Shown one piece after another: positions 19,718-28,446 of a DNA stretch of 64,000 nucleotides (positions within the stretch are counted from its first letter, which is position 1; every line of letters starts with the position of its first letter). Made by a program: the position numbers and the translations under genes. The notes beneath the pieces are model-generated. The model did no database searches, was not told the DNA's origin, and worked only from the letters and a program-made list of their open reading frames with translations. The stretch is from the NCBI GenBank assembly GCA_963761305.1, contig CAVXGK010000002.1, forward strand, positions 1,536,001 through 1,600,000. Direction: 5' to 3'. The DNA is from an uncultured Gemmatimonadaceae bacterium. Its GTDB lineage: Bacteria; Gemmatimonadota; Gemmatimonadetes; Gemmatimonadales; Gemmatimonadaceae.

Positions 19718-19778
19718 GGCGCGGCGGTGACGGTGCGATAAAGCTGCATCGACCCGCGTCCGCCGCACCGCCGTCCAC

Positions 19779-19794
19779 GTCACAACCGCGTCAC
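19779..19794 (-). promoter_or_regulatory. Pho-box-like direct repeat GTCAC-N6-GTCAC (plus-strand reading)
   Basis: GTCAC at 19779 and 19790, upstream of the PafA-like gene. Confidence 0.5.
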
Positions 19795-19819
19795 GACGGA
19801 GGACCGTCGCCGCGGCGCG

Positions 19820-22306
19820 CTATCGGCCTCGCCGCGCCTCCAACAGCGCCATCCGTGTCGGCCCTGGATACGGCTTGTCGTACCCCTTCACGACGCCCCA
19901 CAGAATTCGACTGAAGTCGTCGTCGTCGGATTCGTCTTCCCGCTCGAGGCGCAGCCGACGCGACTCGCGCGCGCCGCGCGTGCCGCTCGGGTTTCGTTCG
20001 TCGAGCGAAATGCCCGGCGTCAGGACGTCGTACGGACGGAGATCGGGCTCCGACGCCCACACGTCTGTCAGCGGCCGGCCGTAGTAGTCGAAGTGCGACA
20101 GCGATTCGAGCTTGAGAATTCCCTCGACCGTTCGAATGACGTCGGTCGTGTTCGTGAACCGATGGTACGTTCCCGGCCGGTTGTACGCCGAGATCACCAG
20201 CAGCGGCGATCGGTGCGAGTCGACGTGGTCCGGGCCGTTCTGCGCGTCGTCTTCGAGCACGAACACGACCGTCGATTTCCAGAACGGCGTTCGGCTCAGC
20301 GCGGAGATCATCCGGCCGAGCGCGAGATCGTTGTCCGCGACGGCGGCGCGCGGCGTCGGTTTCCCCGCCGAGCCGCCCGATGTGTGATCGTTCGGCAGTC
20401 GCACGATCTCGAGCGACGGCATCGTTCCTTTCGCCACGTACTCCTGCAACTCGGCGAGCCAGATGTCGGCGCGCTTCTGATCCTGGATGTCGAGGTTGAA
20501 TCCCGGATAACGCGGATTCGTGCTGCCGGCGAGTTGCGCCTTCGTCGCGACGAAGCGGCTGGCTCCGTCATCCTTCTCGCGGTCCGGCACGACGAACTCG
20601 CCATAATTGCGGAGCGACACGCCGGCGCGCGCGGCGACAGTCCAGAGGTAGCCGCTCGCCGGTTCGTTCACGTCGTCGGTCGGAATCGCGCCGCGATTCG
20701 TGCCCTCGTAGTCGTAGCTGCGTCCTCGCCCCGAGTAGTTCGGCTGCACCGTCTTCTCGACGTAGTCGCTCGCGTACGCGGCCGTCGTCCAGTTGTGTCC
20801 GTCGGCGCTCACTTCGGCGTTCACGAAAAATCGATCGAACGCGCCGAAGCGGTCGGCGATCGCGTGGCCATTCGGCGTCACGTCGCGGCCGAAATAGACG
20901 AGCGACGTGTCGCCGTCCGCTCGCGACAGGTCGCCGAGGACCTGGTCGTACGCGCGGTTCTCGCGAATGACGTAGATCACGTGCTCGAACGGCGGGAACC
21001 GCGGCACACGGGCTGAATCGGACCACCCGTTGGCCCGAGCGACACGCGCCGAGAGTTGCGTGAGCGACGGTGCGTCGAGGCGCGCCGCGTCGAGCACAGA
21101 GAGGCTGCCCGTGAGCTGACCGAGCGTGCCGTTCTTGCCGCTGCCTTGACGCTCGCGCGACTCGCGCGGCCCTGGCCCGTCCGGATTCGCGTGCGTCCCG
21201 GCGCCTTTGCCGTTCGCGACGAGGAGCGACGAGCCGGCGATCGTTAGCGCGGCCGGATACCAGCCGGTCGGCACCCGGCCGAGCGGCCGCTGGTTGGTCG
21301 ACGCGACATCGAAGATCGCGACGGCGTTGGCATCCGCTTCGGCAACGAAGAGCTTCGTTTCGTCCGACGACAGCGCGAGCGCGTTCGGAGTGCTTCCTTC
21401 GTCCGGACCGCCCGGCGGTGGATCGCGCAACTCGCCGACGGTGCGACGCGACTTCGTGTCGATGATGGCGACGCGATCGGTGCTGGCCGACGCGACGTAG
21501 AGTCGCGACGCGTCGCGATTGAGGAGCAGGGCCGACGGATGTCGGCCGGCAGGAATCCATTCGGCCGGCGCGAGCTTGTCGCCCACGACGTCGAACTCGG
21601 CGACCCAGCTGCCGCCCCACACCGAAACGTACACGCGACCGTCGGGCGCCACGACGACGCCGTACGGATACCGTCCGGCGGCGACACGCTGCACGATCGT
21701 CGCCGACTCCATGTCGATCACGGCGACGGAATCGGCCAGATTCTCGGCGACGTAGAGCCGCTTGCCATCGGGCGAGAACGCGAGTTGTGCGGGGTACCGT
21801 GTTCCGTTGCGGCGTCCGGCGGCGCGCGCGGCCAACGGAATGCTGTCAGTGAGCACGGCCGAGTCGCCGGACCACCGGAATCGATAGACCTGGTCCGTGT
21901 TGCCGCCCGAAGCGGCGAGCCACTGCCCGTCCGGCGAGAAGGCGAGCCCGAGAAATGCCGCAGGCAGATCGACCGTTTGGGTCACTCGTCCGCTTCGCCA
22001 ATCGACAACCTGGACTCCCGTTCGCGACCAGCCGTTGAGCAGGAGCACGGCTCGACTGCCGCCAGGCGCCATCACGATGTTGAGCGGCATCGGCCCGACC
22101 GGGTGCGCGACGCCCGCCGGATCGAGGTGCACTCCGGTCGGCAAGCGCGTGGCGTCGACCGACGACGTGTCGGCCGTGACGTTCCGACTTGATACGGCGG
22201 GCGGCGCCGTGCACGCCCAGACCATTTGCGAAACACCCAACGCGATGAGCAGCCGGTGCCCGGCCGCGCGAACTGTGGGTCGAAGTTGAAGCCGTGTCAT
22301 CCGCAT
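19820..22306 (-). CDS. YncE-type beta-propeller fused to phosphoesterase/alkaline phosphatase domain
   Basis: YVTN-like repeats (FSPDG, GRYPYGV, GWYPAAL), then HVIYVIRENRAYDQVLGD, SADGHNW, LPNDHT, EDDAQNGPDHVDSHRS. Confidence 0.9.
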   Translation of the reverse strand: MRMTRLQLRPTVRAAGHRLLIALGVSQMVWACTAPPAVSSRNVTADTSSVDATRLPTGVHLDPAGVAHPVGPMPLNIVMAPGGSRAVLLLNGWSRTGVQVVDWRSGRVTQTVDLPAAFLGLAFSPDGQWLAASGGNTDQVYRFRWSGDSAVLTDSIPLAARAAGRRNGTRYPAQLAFSPDGKRLYVAENLADSVAVIDMESATIVQRVAAGRYPYGVVVAPDGRVYVSVWGGSWVAEFDVVGDKLAPAEWIPAGRHPSALLLNRDASRLYVASASTDRVAIIDTKSRRTVGELRDPPPGGPDEGSTPNALALSSDETKLFVAEADANAVAIFDVASTNQRPLGRVPTGWYPAALTIAGSSLLVANGKGAGTHANPDGPGPRESRERQGSGKNGTLGQLTGSLSVLDAARLDAPSLTQLSARVARANGWSDSARVPRFPPFEHVIYVIRENRAYDQVLGDLSRADGDTSLVYFGRDVTPNGHAIADRFGAFDRFFVNAEVSADGHNWTTAAYASDYVEKTVQPNYSGRGRSYDYEGTNRGAIPTDDVNEPASGYLWTVAARAGVSLRNYGEFVVPDREKDDGASRFVATKAQLAGSTNPRYPGFNLDIQDQKRADIWLAELQEYVAKGTMPSLEIVRLPNDHTSGGSAGKPTPRAAVADNDLALGRMISALSRTPFWKSTVVFVLEDDAQNGPDHVDSHRSPLLVISAYNRPGTYHRFTNTTDVIRTVEGILKLESLSHFDYYGRPLTDVWASEPDLRPYDVLTPGISLDERNPSGTRGARESRRLRLEREDESDDDDFSRILWGVVKGYDKPYPGPTRMALLEARRGR

Positions 22307-22381
22307 CACCGGGTAGGGCAATTCGATCGTCACCGCGAGGGTCCGTTCATCGAAAATAATTCGCCGCCGGACCATGGCGCG

Positions 22382-22397
22382 GTCACGGCCCGGTCAC
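22382..22397 (-). promoter_or_regulatory. Pho-box-like direct repeat GTCAC-N6-GTCAC (plus-strand reading)
   Basis: GTCAC at 22382 and 22393, upstream of the YncE-phosphoesterase. Confidence 0.5.
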
Positions 22398-22444
22398 CGC
22401 GTCGCGACAGTCCTGCGGACCCGAGCGCGCGGTCGCGCGGCGGG

Positions 22445-23320
22445 TTACACCAACCGTAGAGCAGGCGGACGCGCCGGCCGGCGCGAGCGTTCTTCGAGTG
22501 CGCGGATCACCTGCTCCACGGCGCCGGCGTCGCGAATCTGTCCCGCGCGCTGGCCGGTGTAACGCTTGATGGTGTTGCGCAGCGCTGTATCCGAGGCGTA
22601 CCCGAGCTCTATGCCGATGCGCTCGATCGTGCAGCCGGTCGTCTCGAGCATGTAGGCAACCATTGCCAGCCGCGCCCAGGCGACGAGTTCCGCCGGCGGC
22701 AGAAAGCGCGCGCGGCGGCAATGGTTGAACAACGTCTTGCGATGGACGCCAAGCGCGGCGGCAAGATCGGGCAGCGTCTTGATCGCGTCCGGCCGCGCGA
22801 GGGCCGCCTCGAGCATCGGATGCAATTGGCTCGGCACGACCGGCGCGAGCCGTGTCATCAACCACTCGGCGCCGCATTGCCGCCGCGCCAGATCGAGGAC
22901 GGCGCGCAGGGCGACGCCATCGTCGTCGATTCCCGCGAAGAGGAATTGGTGCGTGCCGGCAACCGCCAGCGCACGAATCTCGACCGAATGATGGGCGGCC
23001 GCGTCGCACCACACGACGATCGCGGTGCGCGGACGGCCATCGGCGATCTCGCGAACGACGCGAATCGCCTCCTGTCCATTCGGATCGCGGGCCGGCAGCA
23101 CCACGGCGTCGATCGGCTCCGGCGAACGCTCCAATGCGGCGGACAGCTCGGCGAACGTCGCGTAGACGCCGAGCGTCGCGCGGCCGCGCAATGCGTCGAT
23201 CAACCGGCTCCGTTGCGGCGGCGTGACGGCACACGCCACCACCGTGGGCTGATCGGACGGAAGCGGGACTCGCTGTAACGCTCCTTCACGTCGCATAACC
23301 GACCGGTTGCGCCGATGCAC
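22445..23320 (-). CDS. AraC-type HTH regulator with receiver-like N-terminus (start uncertain)
   Basis: LAAALGVHRKTL and TIERIGIELGYASDTALRNTIKRYTG double HTH. Confidence 0.8.
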   Translation of the reverse strand: MHRRNRSVMRREGALQRVPLPSDQPTVVACAVTPPQRSRLIDALRGRATLGVYATFAELSAALERSPEPIDAVVLPARDPNGQEAIRVVREIADGRPRTAIVVWCDAAAHHSVEIRALAVAGTHQFLFAGIDDDGVALRAVLDLARRQCGAEWLMTRLAPVVPSQLHPMLEAALARPDAIKTLPDLAAALGVHRKTLFNHCRRARFLPPAELVAWARLAMVAYMLETTGCTIERIGIELGYASDTALRNTIKRYTGQRAGQIRDAGAVEQVIRALEERSRRPARPPALRLV

Positions 23321-23383
23321 CTACATAGCGCGCTCCTCTCCTCTCGGAGCGCCCAATGGTCGTCACGAAGGAGCTCGGCGTCG

Positions 23384-24613
23384 TCACGCCGGGACAGCCA
23401 TCAACGACACCTGATCGGGGAGCTGTCCCGGCTCCATCGAAACAATTCGGCCGGCGATCCTGACCGCGCGTCCGCGCAGGATGAATGGTGCCGTCGCCGG
23501 CGTCGCGTCTCGCCGACCCGTTTCGGCGGCACGCACCATGACTTCGTGAAAACCATGCTCTTGCGCGATCGCGATCGCCTTTGCGCTCAACTCAGCGGAC
23601 GGCGCGAACAGCCCGACGCGAGAGAGACCGGCGCTGCATTCCATGAAGGCGAGCGACAGCACGTATCGCGGCGCACCCGCGGCGGCGAGCATGTTGAGTT
23701 GATTCGCCACCCACCGCACCGTTGCCGGACATCCGGTCTCCGCGGCCGATGTCGCAAGGCCACCCAGCGCCGGCACGATGATTCTTGCCGGAAGCGCGCG
23801 CGAGACGACGGCGGCGAACGCCGCGCGAGCTTCGGTGAAGCAGCCCGCTTCGACCATGAGTTGGCCGAACGTCTGCAGGATTTCTCCTTCCTCGACGGGT
23901 TGACCGGCCGAGGCCAGATACACGGCCCAACCATGGAAGAGGGCCGCGTCGAAGTCGTGCCGCGCGCCCGCCGCGATCATGAGCCCGATGCGCGCGTAGC
24001 GCTCGATGAGCGTCAGGTGCTCACGCTGGGCCAGCCGCAGGGCGCGGCGACTCAGCGATTCCAATCCCGCGTAGTCGCCGCTCATCTGCGCGACTGACGC
24101 GAGCCCCAGCCAGGCCCGCGCGCGCAGTTCCCCGCTGTCCGCGAGCTTCCCGAGTCGTCCGATCGTCCGGAAATGGTCGCCGGCCTCTTCGAGGTGACCC
24201 AGTCGGGACAGGTAGCGTGCGCGGCGAGCCAAGAGACGACCGCGTTGCACCGCGTTCAGCGCCGGATCGGCGCGATCGAGCGCCGTGAGCATCGTGATCG
24301 CCGTGTTGAACGCGTCGGCGTCGTAGGCGTCGTCGGCGAGGAGCAGGATGGCGTCGCTCGGAGTCCGGTTGTCGCGCCACTCACGGTCGCCCCGATGTTG
24401 CACAACCTGGCTGCCCAGCGACTCGAGCGCGATGTCGACGGCGCGGGCCACCAACGCCGGTCGATCCGCGCCGGCGAGCGAGGCATGTTCGAGCAGGCTC
24501 GTGACGACGATCCAGGTACCGTCCCGGGCGCCCGGGCGCGCGCGTGCGTCGCACATCGCGTCGGTGCGATACGCCGCTGGACCAGACCTGATTTGAAGAA
24601 TCTTGCTGGGCAT
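23384..24613 (-). CDS. TPR-like alpha-helical hypothetical protein
   Basis: Repeated TPR-like helices (LGHLEEAGDHF, LGLASVAQMSGDY, FGQLMVEAGCFTEARAAF). Confidence 0.65.
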   Translation of the reverse strand: MPSKILQIRSGPAAYRTDAMCDARARPGARDGTWIVVTSLLEHASLAGADRPALVARAVDIALESLGSQVVQHRGDREWRDNRTPSDAILLLADDAYDADAFNTAITMLTALDRADPALNAVQRGRLLARRARYLSRLGHLEEAGDHFRTIGRLGKLADSGELRARAWLGLASVAQMSGDYAGLESLSRRALRLAQREHLTLIERYARIGLMIAAGARHDFDAALFHGWAVYLASAGQPVEEGEILQTFGQLMVEAGCFTEARAAFAAVVSRALPARIIVPALGGLATSAAETGCPATVRWVANQLNMLAAAGAPRYVLSLAFMECSAGLSRVGLFAPSAELSAKAIAIAQEHGFHEVMVRAAETGRRDATPATAPFILRGRAVRIAGRIVSMEPGQLPDQVSLMAVPA

Positions 24614-24955
24614 TCGCGCTGGGGGGACGGCCGATGCCGGGAGGAATAGAAGTCCGTGGTGACTTCATTCTGCGGCTTGGCTCTCACCGCCACAAGCGGA
24701 AATCTCGTCATCGTGCGCAAAGCCGCGCTGCCTGACGATCGCAGGACCCAACGTTAACCCTCTCATTAATGCGATGTGACGGGCGGTCAGCCCTCGCGGG
24801 GAATTGCACATCGTGTAACCCTCGCGCTCGCACTCGGTAGCCGCTCTCACCGTCTACATCTGCACGCTCCGAAAGCGCCTGAACAGCATCGGCCTCGGTG
24901 GCGCACTCCACACGGTGCGACGGATGGGATACCGCCTCGCACTCTAGCGAGGCGG

Positions 24956-25354
24956 CTAGACGAAGGTGGCTCCGCGCTCCTCGAGGAGCGCCCGCAGCAC
25001 GGAACGGTGACACCGCTTCTCGCTCTCGCAGTAGCACCCGAGCGAAAAGTTGGTCTGGTGCGACATGGCCGCGAGCAGGTCGAGGAGCCGCGAGGCGTCG
25101 GGTTCGCGCATCTCCGTCCTGAACTTTCGCTCAAAAGTTTTCCACGAGCGTTCATCGCTCGACCCGAGGGCCAACGTCACGAGCGCTTGGCTCGGTGAGA
25201 GCGCAGGCAGCCAGACGTCGTAGAAATCGCGCTTGGCGAACTCCGATTTCGGCACGCCGCGAGGCGGCCGGCGAACGGTGCCGAGGCGAATTCCCTCGTC
25301 GGTTGACCGGGGAGAGCCGAGTCTCAGAATTCGGATCGCCACGCCAGGCCCCAA
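24956..25354 (-). CDS. DUF488-like protein
   Basis: VRRPPRGVPK, DVWLPALSPS, CYCESEKRCHRSVL. Confidence 0.8.
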   Translation of the reverse strand: MGPGVAIRILRLGSPRSTDEGIRLGTVRRPPRGVPKSEFAKRDFYDVWLPALSPSQALVTLALGSSDERSWKTFERKFRTEMREPDASRLLDLLAAMSHQTNFSLGCYCESEKRCHRSVLRALLEERGATFV

Positions 25355-25419
25355 GTCCTCACGCCGCCCTATTCCGCGTTTGTATATGTGCGCTAAACAT
25401 ACCGACGACGACCAGGGTC

Positions 25420-25782
25420 ATGATTCATCTGCTCACCGTTTCCGGCAGTCTCCGAGCGGGATCGTCGAACTCGACGCTCCACGCCGCCGCCGGGCGCACA
25501 GCGCCCGAGGGAGTCGTCGTGACGTCCTACGCCGGACTCGGTGGCCTTCCCGCCTTCAGCCCGGATCTCGACGAAGGCAACGGCCCGATCCCGCCGGCAG
25601 TGGTTGAATGGCGCAGTGCGCTGGCGCGGACCGACGCCGTTCTGTTCTCGAGCCCCGAATACGCGCACGGCGTTCCCGGCGCATTCAAGAACGCGCTGGA
25701 CTGGGTCGTGGGCAGCGGTGAGCTGGTGGACAAGCGCGTCGGCCTGCTGCGGTCCGCGATCGCCGCGCTGCTCGGAGTTTGA
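25420..25782 (+). pseudogene. NADPH-dependent FMN reductase, shortened
   Basis: SGSLRAGSSN and SPEYAHGVPGAFKNALDW are present, but the ORF stops at 120 aa shortly after VDKRVGLL. Confidence 0.65.
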
Positions 25783-25787
25783 CGCGT

Positions 25788-27089
25788 CTATTTCACGCGC
25801 GCACGCTCCAGGTGCACGATGCCGGCCGAGTCCTTCACGGCCATGTACACGACGCCCGTTCCGAATCCGGCGATCGTGCGGAACGGCGGGAGCTGCACGC
25901 GGTCGATGATCTGCCCCTGCTGGTTCACGATGTCGTACACGGGCTGCCCGTTCATCAACGTCGTCGTGCGAATCCAGAGATGCCCGTCCGCGTCCGCGCG
26001 CGTGGAGCCGCGAATGAACGCCGGACGATAGTCCGGAACGTCTCCGAGCGCCGGCCGTCCGTCGATCAACGCCGGCGGTGGTCCGCCCGCCACTCCACCT
26101 CCGCCGCCTCCCCGGCCGCCCGCGACCGCGCCGGCGGAGACGACACCCGGTGCCGCGCCGGGTGATCCTGCGTTTCGCGCCGCGATCAGCGCGTCCGTCG
26201 AATCGCGCCGAGCCTTGATCGCGGCGAGTGCCGAGTCGATGAGCGCCGTCTTCTGCGCGTCGTCGAGGTGGCGCCAATCGAACGGCATCTTCGGCGTCGA
26301 CCGCCATCGTCCGTCGGCGCCGAGCCAGTCGACGTGGTAGTCGCGTCCACGCACGATGGCGACCGACCCGTCCGCGCACACCGTCCAGTCATCGACGAGC
26401 GGCAGAATGTCGGGAGTGACCTTGAGCGACGTGAGTCGGCCGTCCTCGTCGCGCGCGACCACCTGGTTTATCCGAGGGGCCTTGAACGATGCAAGCGTAT
26501 CGAGCGTGCGCGCGGCGAGATCGATGCGAACGATGAAGCTGGAATCGACCGTCGTTTCCTGCGTTGACGCCTTGCCGGGTGTCACGTCCGGGAACCGGAC
26601 AACCGCCGGAGAAATGCTCACCAGTCGTCCCGACGCATCGAAGCCCGGGGGGTAAAACGGACTCCCGAGATTCGCTCCGCCGGGGCGGCCGAAGTTCGGT
26701 ATCGCCATCACTCTCGCGATGGTTCCCGCCGGGCTGAGGAGCGGCATGGAACCGGATGCCGGGTCGACGAAGAGCGCCGTGTCCGAGCGGTACGCGAACA
26801 GCGCCCCGGGCCTCGCGCCGTACGCTTTCGCGGTGACGCTCGTCGAGTCCGCGACGATCTTGGCCGTCGCCAGCGTCGAATCGAAGAGCAGCACGCGCCG
26901 CGACACGACGTCGTTGACGAACACGCGCCCGTCGGACAACGCCACCGCCGTCGCGACGCTCGTCATCGGCTCGGTCGAAACACGCGTGATCGGTCCGAGC
27001 GGTCGTGCGGCCGGAGCTTGCTGCGCCATCACGGGCGCGCACGCCGCGACTGCCGCCGCCGAGAAGACCAACGTTGATCGGACTGTCAT
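25788..27089 (-). CDS. Secreted hypothetical protein (beta-propeller-like), paralog B
   Basis: Signal peptide; full-length similarity to 27115..28446 (LSDGRVFVND, VRGRDYHVDW, DRVQLPPFRT..GFG.GVVYMA). Confidence 0.8.
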   Translation of the reverse strand: MTVRSTLVFSAAAVAACAPVMAQQAPAARPLGPITRVSTEPMTSVATAVALSDGRVFVNDVVSRRVLLFDSTLATAKIVADSTSVTAKAYGARPGALFAYRSDTALFVDPASGSMPLLSPAGTIARVMAIPNFGRPGGANLGSPFYPPGFDASGRLVSISPAVVRFPDVTPGKASTQETTVDSSFIVRIDLAARTLDTLASFKAPRINQVVARDEDGRLTSLKVTPDILPLVDDWTVCADGSVAIVRGRDYHVDWLGADGRWRSTPKMPFDWRHLDDAQKTALIDSALAAIKARRDSTDALIAARNAGSPGAAPGVVSAGAVAGGRGGGGGGVAGGPPPALIDGRPALGDVPDYRPAFIRGSTRADADGHLWIRTTTLMNGQPVYDIVNQQGQIIDRVQLPPFRTIAGFGTGVVYMAVKDSAGIVHLERARVK

Positions 27090-27114
27090 GAGAACACTCG
27101 CTTTCTCAGCTTGA

Positions 27115-28446
27115 TTACCGCGCGATCTTCGCTTCCTCGAGATGCACCACGCCGGCGGCGTCCTTCACCGCCATGTACACGACGCCCGGTCCGAACCCGG
27201 CGAGCGTCCGAAACGGCGGGATCTGCACGCGATCGAACAGCTCGCCGCGGCGGTTGACGACGTAGTACACAGGCTGCCCGTTCACCATCGTCGTCGTTCG
27301 AATCCAGAGATTGCCGTCCCAGTCGACTCGCGTCGCACCGTGGGGAAACGCAGGCCGATAGTCGGCGACGTCGTTCGGCTCGACCTTCGGATCCTCGATC
27401 GGCGGCGGCGGCGGTTGCGGCGCACGTGGGGCGTCGGCGTCGCCTCCACCTCGGCCGGTACGAGCCCCGCCAGCGGCCGATCCTCCGATTCCACCGGTGG
27501 CCTGCCCCGCAAGTATCGAGTCGCGGCGCGCCTTGTTTGCGGCGGCGGCCGAGTCGATCAGCGTTTGCTTTTGCGCGTCGTCGAGATGCTGCCACTCGAA
27601 CGCAATCTTCGGCGCCGACGACCACTTGCCATCGGAGTCCATCCAGTCGACGTGAAAATCTCTGCCGCGCACGATGACGAGAACTCCGTCCTGCCGCACC
27701 ACCCAATCGTCGAGGACGGGCGCCGGGTCGGCGGTCATGCTGCTCATCCGCGTGATTCGGCCCTCCTCGCTCGTCGTGATGCTCTGGCGAGCCTTCGGCA
27801 TTCGAATCGTGGCGACGGTGTCGTAGGCGTGCGACGCGAAATCGAACCGTACGATCAGCGCCGAGTCGACGGTCGATGTCGTCGTGGTGTTCGCCGGCGG
27901 CGGTTTGACCGGCATCGTCAGCGCCTGCGCCAGGAAATACAGCAAGCGCCCCTGCGCGTCGAATCCCGGCGTGTAGTACAAGCTCCCGAACGAGACGAGC
28001 CGATTGTTCGGCCGTGGCGTGGCCATCACGCGCGCGATTCGCCCCGCGGGGCTGAGCACGGGCATCGCGCTCGACTGCGGATCCAGAAAGAGCGTGGTGT
28101 CCCCGTGAAACGGAATGAGGGCGCCGGCGCCGAACCCGTACGCCGTTGCCGTGACGCTGGCCGAGTCGGTCACGACGTGCGCTTGGGCGAGCGACGAGTC
28201 GAAGATCACGACTCGGCGCGCGACGATGTCGTTCACCAACACTCGCCCGTCGCCGAGCCGGAGCGCCGATGCGACGCTCGCAAGCGGATCGGTGGAGACG
28301 TGCACGATCGGCCCGATCGGCCGAATCGGCGGAGTACGCTGCGCCGGCAACGACGCAACCGCCGTGACGAACGCCGCGAATGTGATGTAGTGTGAACGAA
28401 TTCTCATGGTCGCCATGGTCCTTGGTTGCTTGCGATTCCCTGTCAT
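27115..28446 (-). CDS. Secreted hypothetical protein (beta-propeller-like), paralog A
   Basis: Same motifs as paralog B. ATG overlaps the receptor stop; alternative start at 28416. Confidence 0.8.
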   Translation of the reverse strand: MTGNRKQPRTMATMRIRSHYITFAAFVTAVASLPAQRTPPIRPIGPIVHVSTDPLASVASALRLGDGRVLVNDIVARRVVIFDSSLAQAHVVTDSASVTATAYGFGAGALIPFHGDTTLFLDPQSSAMPVLSPAGRIARVMATPRPNNRLVSFGSLYYTPGFDAQGRLLYFLAQALTMPVKPPPANTTTTSTVDSALIVRFDFASHAYDTVATIRMPKARQSITTSEEGRITRMSSMTADPAPVLDDWVVRQDGVLVIVRGRDFHVDWMDSDGKWSSAPKIAFEWQHLDDAQKQTLIDSAAAANKARRDSILAGQATGGIGGSAAGGARTGRGGGDADAPRAPQPPPPPIEDPKVEPNDVADYRPAFPHGATRVDWDGNLWIRTTTMVNGQPVYYVVNRRGELFDRVQIPPFRTLAGFGPGVVYMAVKDAAGVVHLEEAKIAR

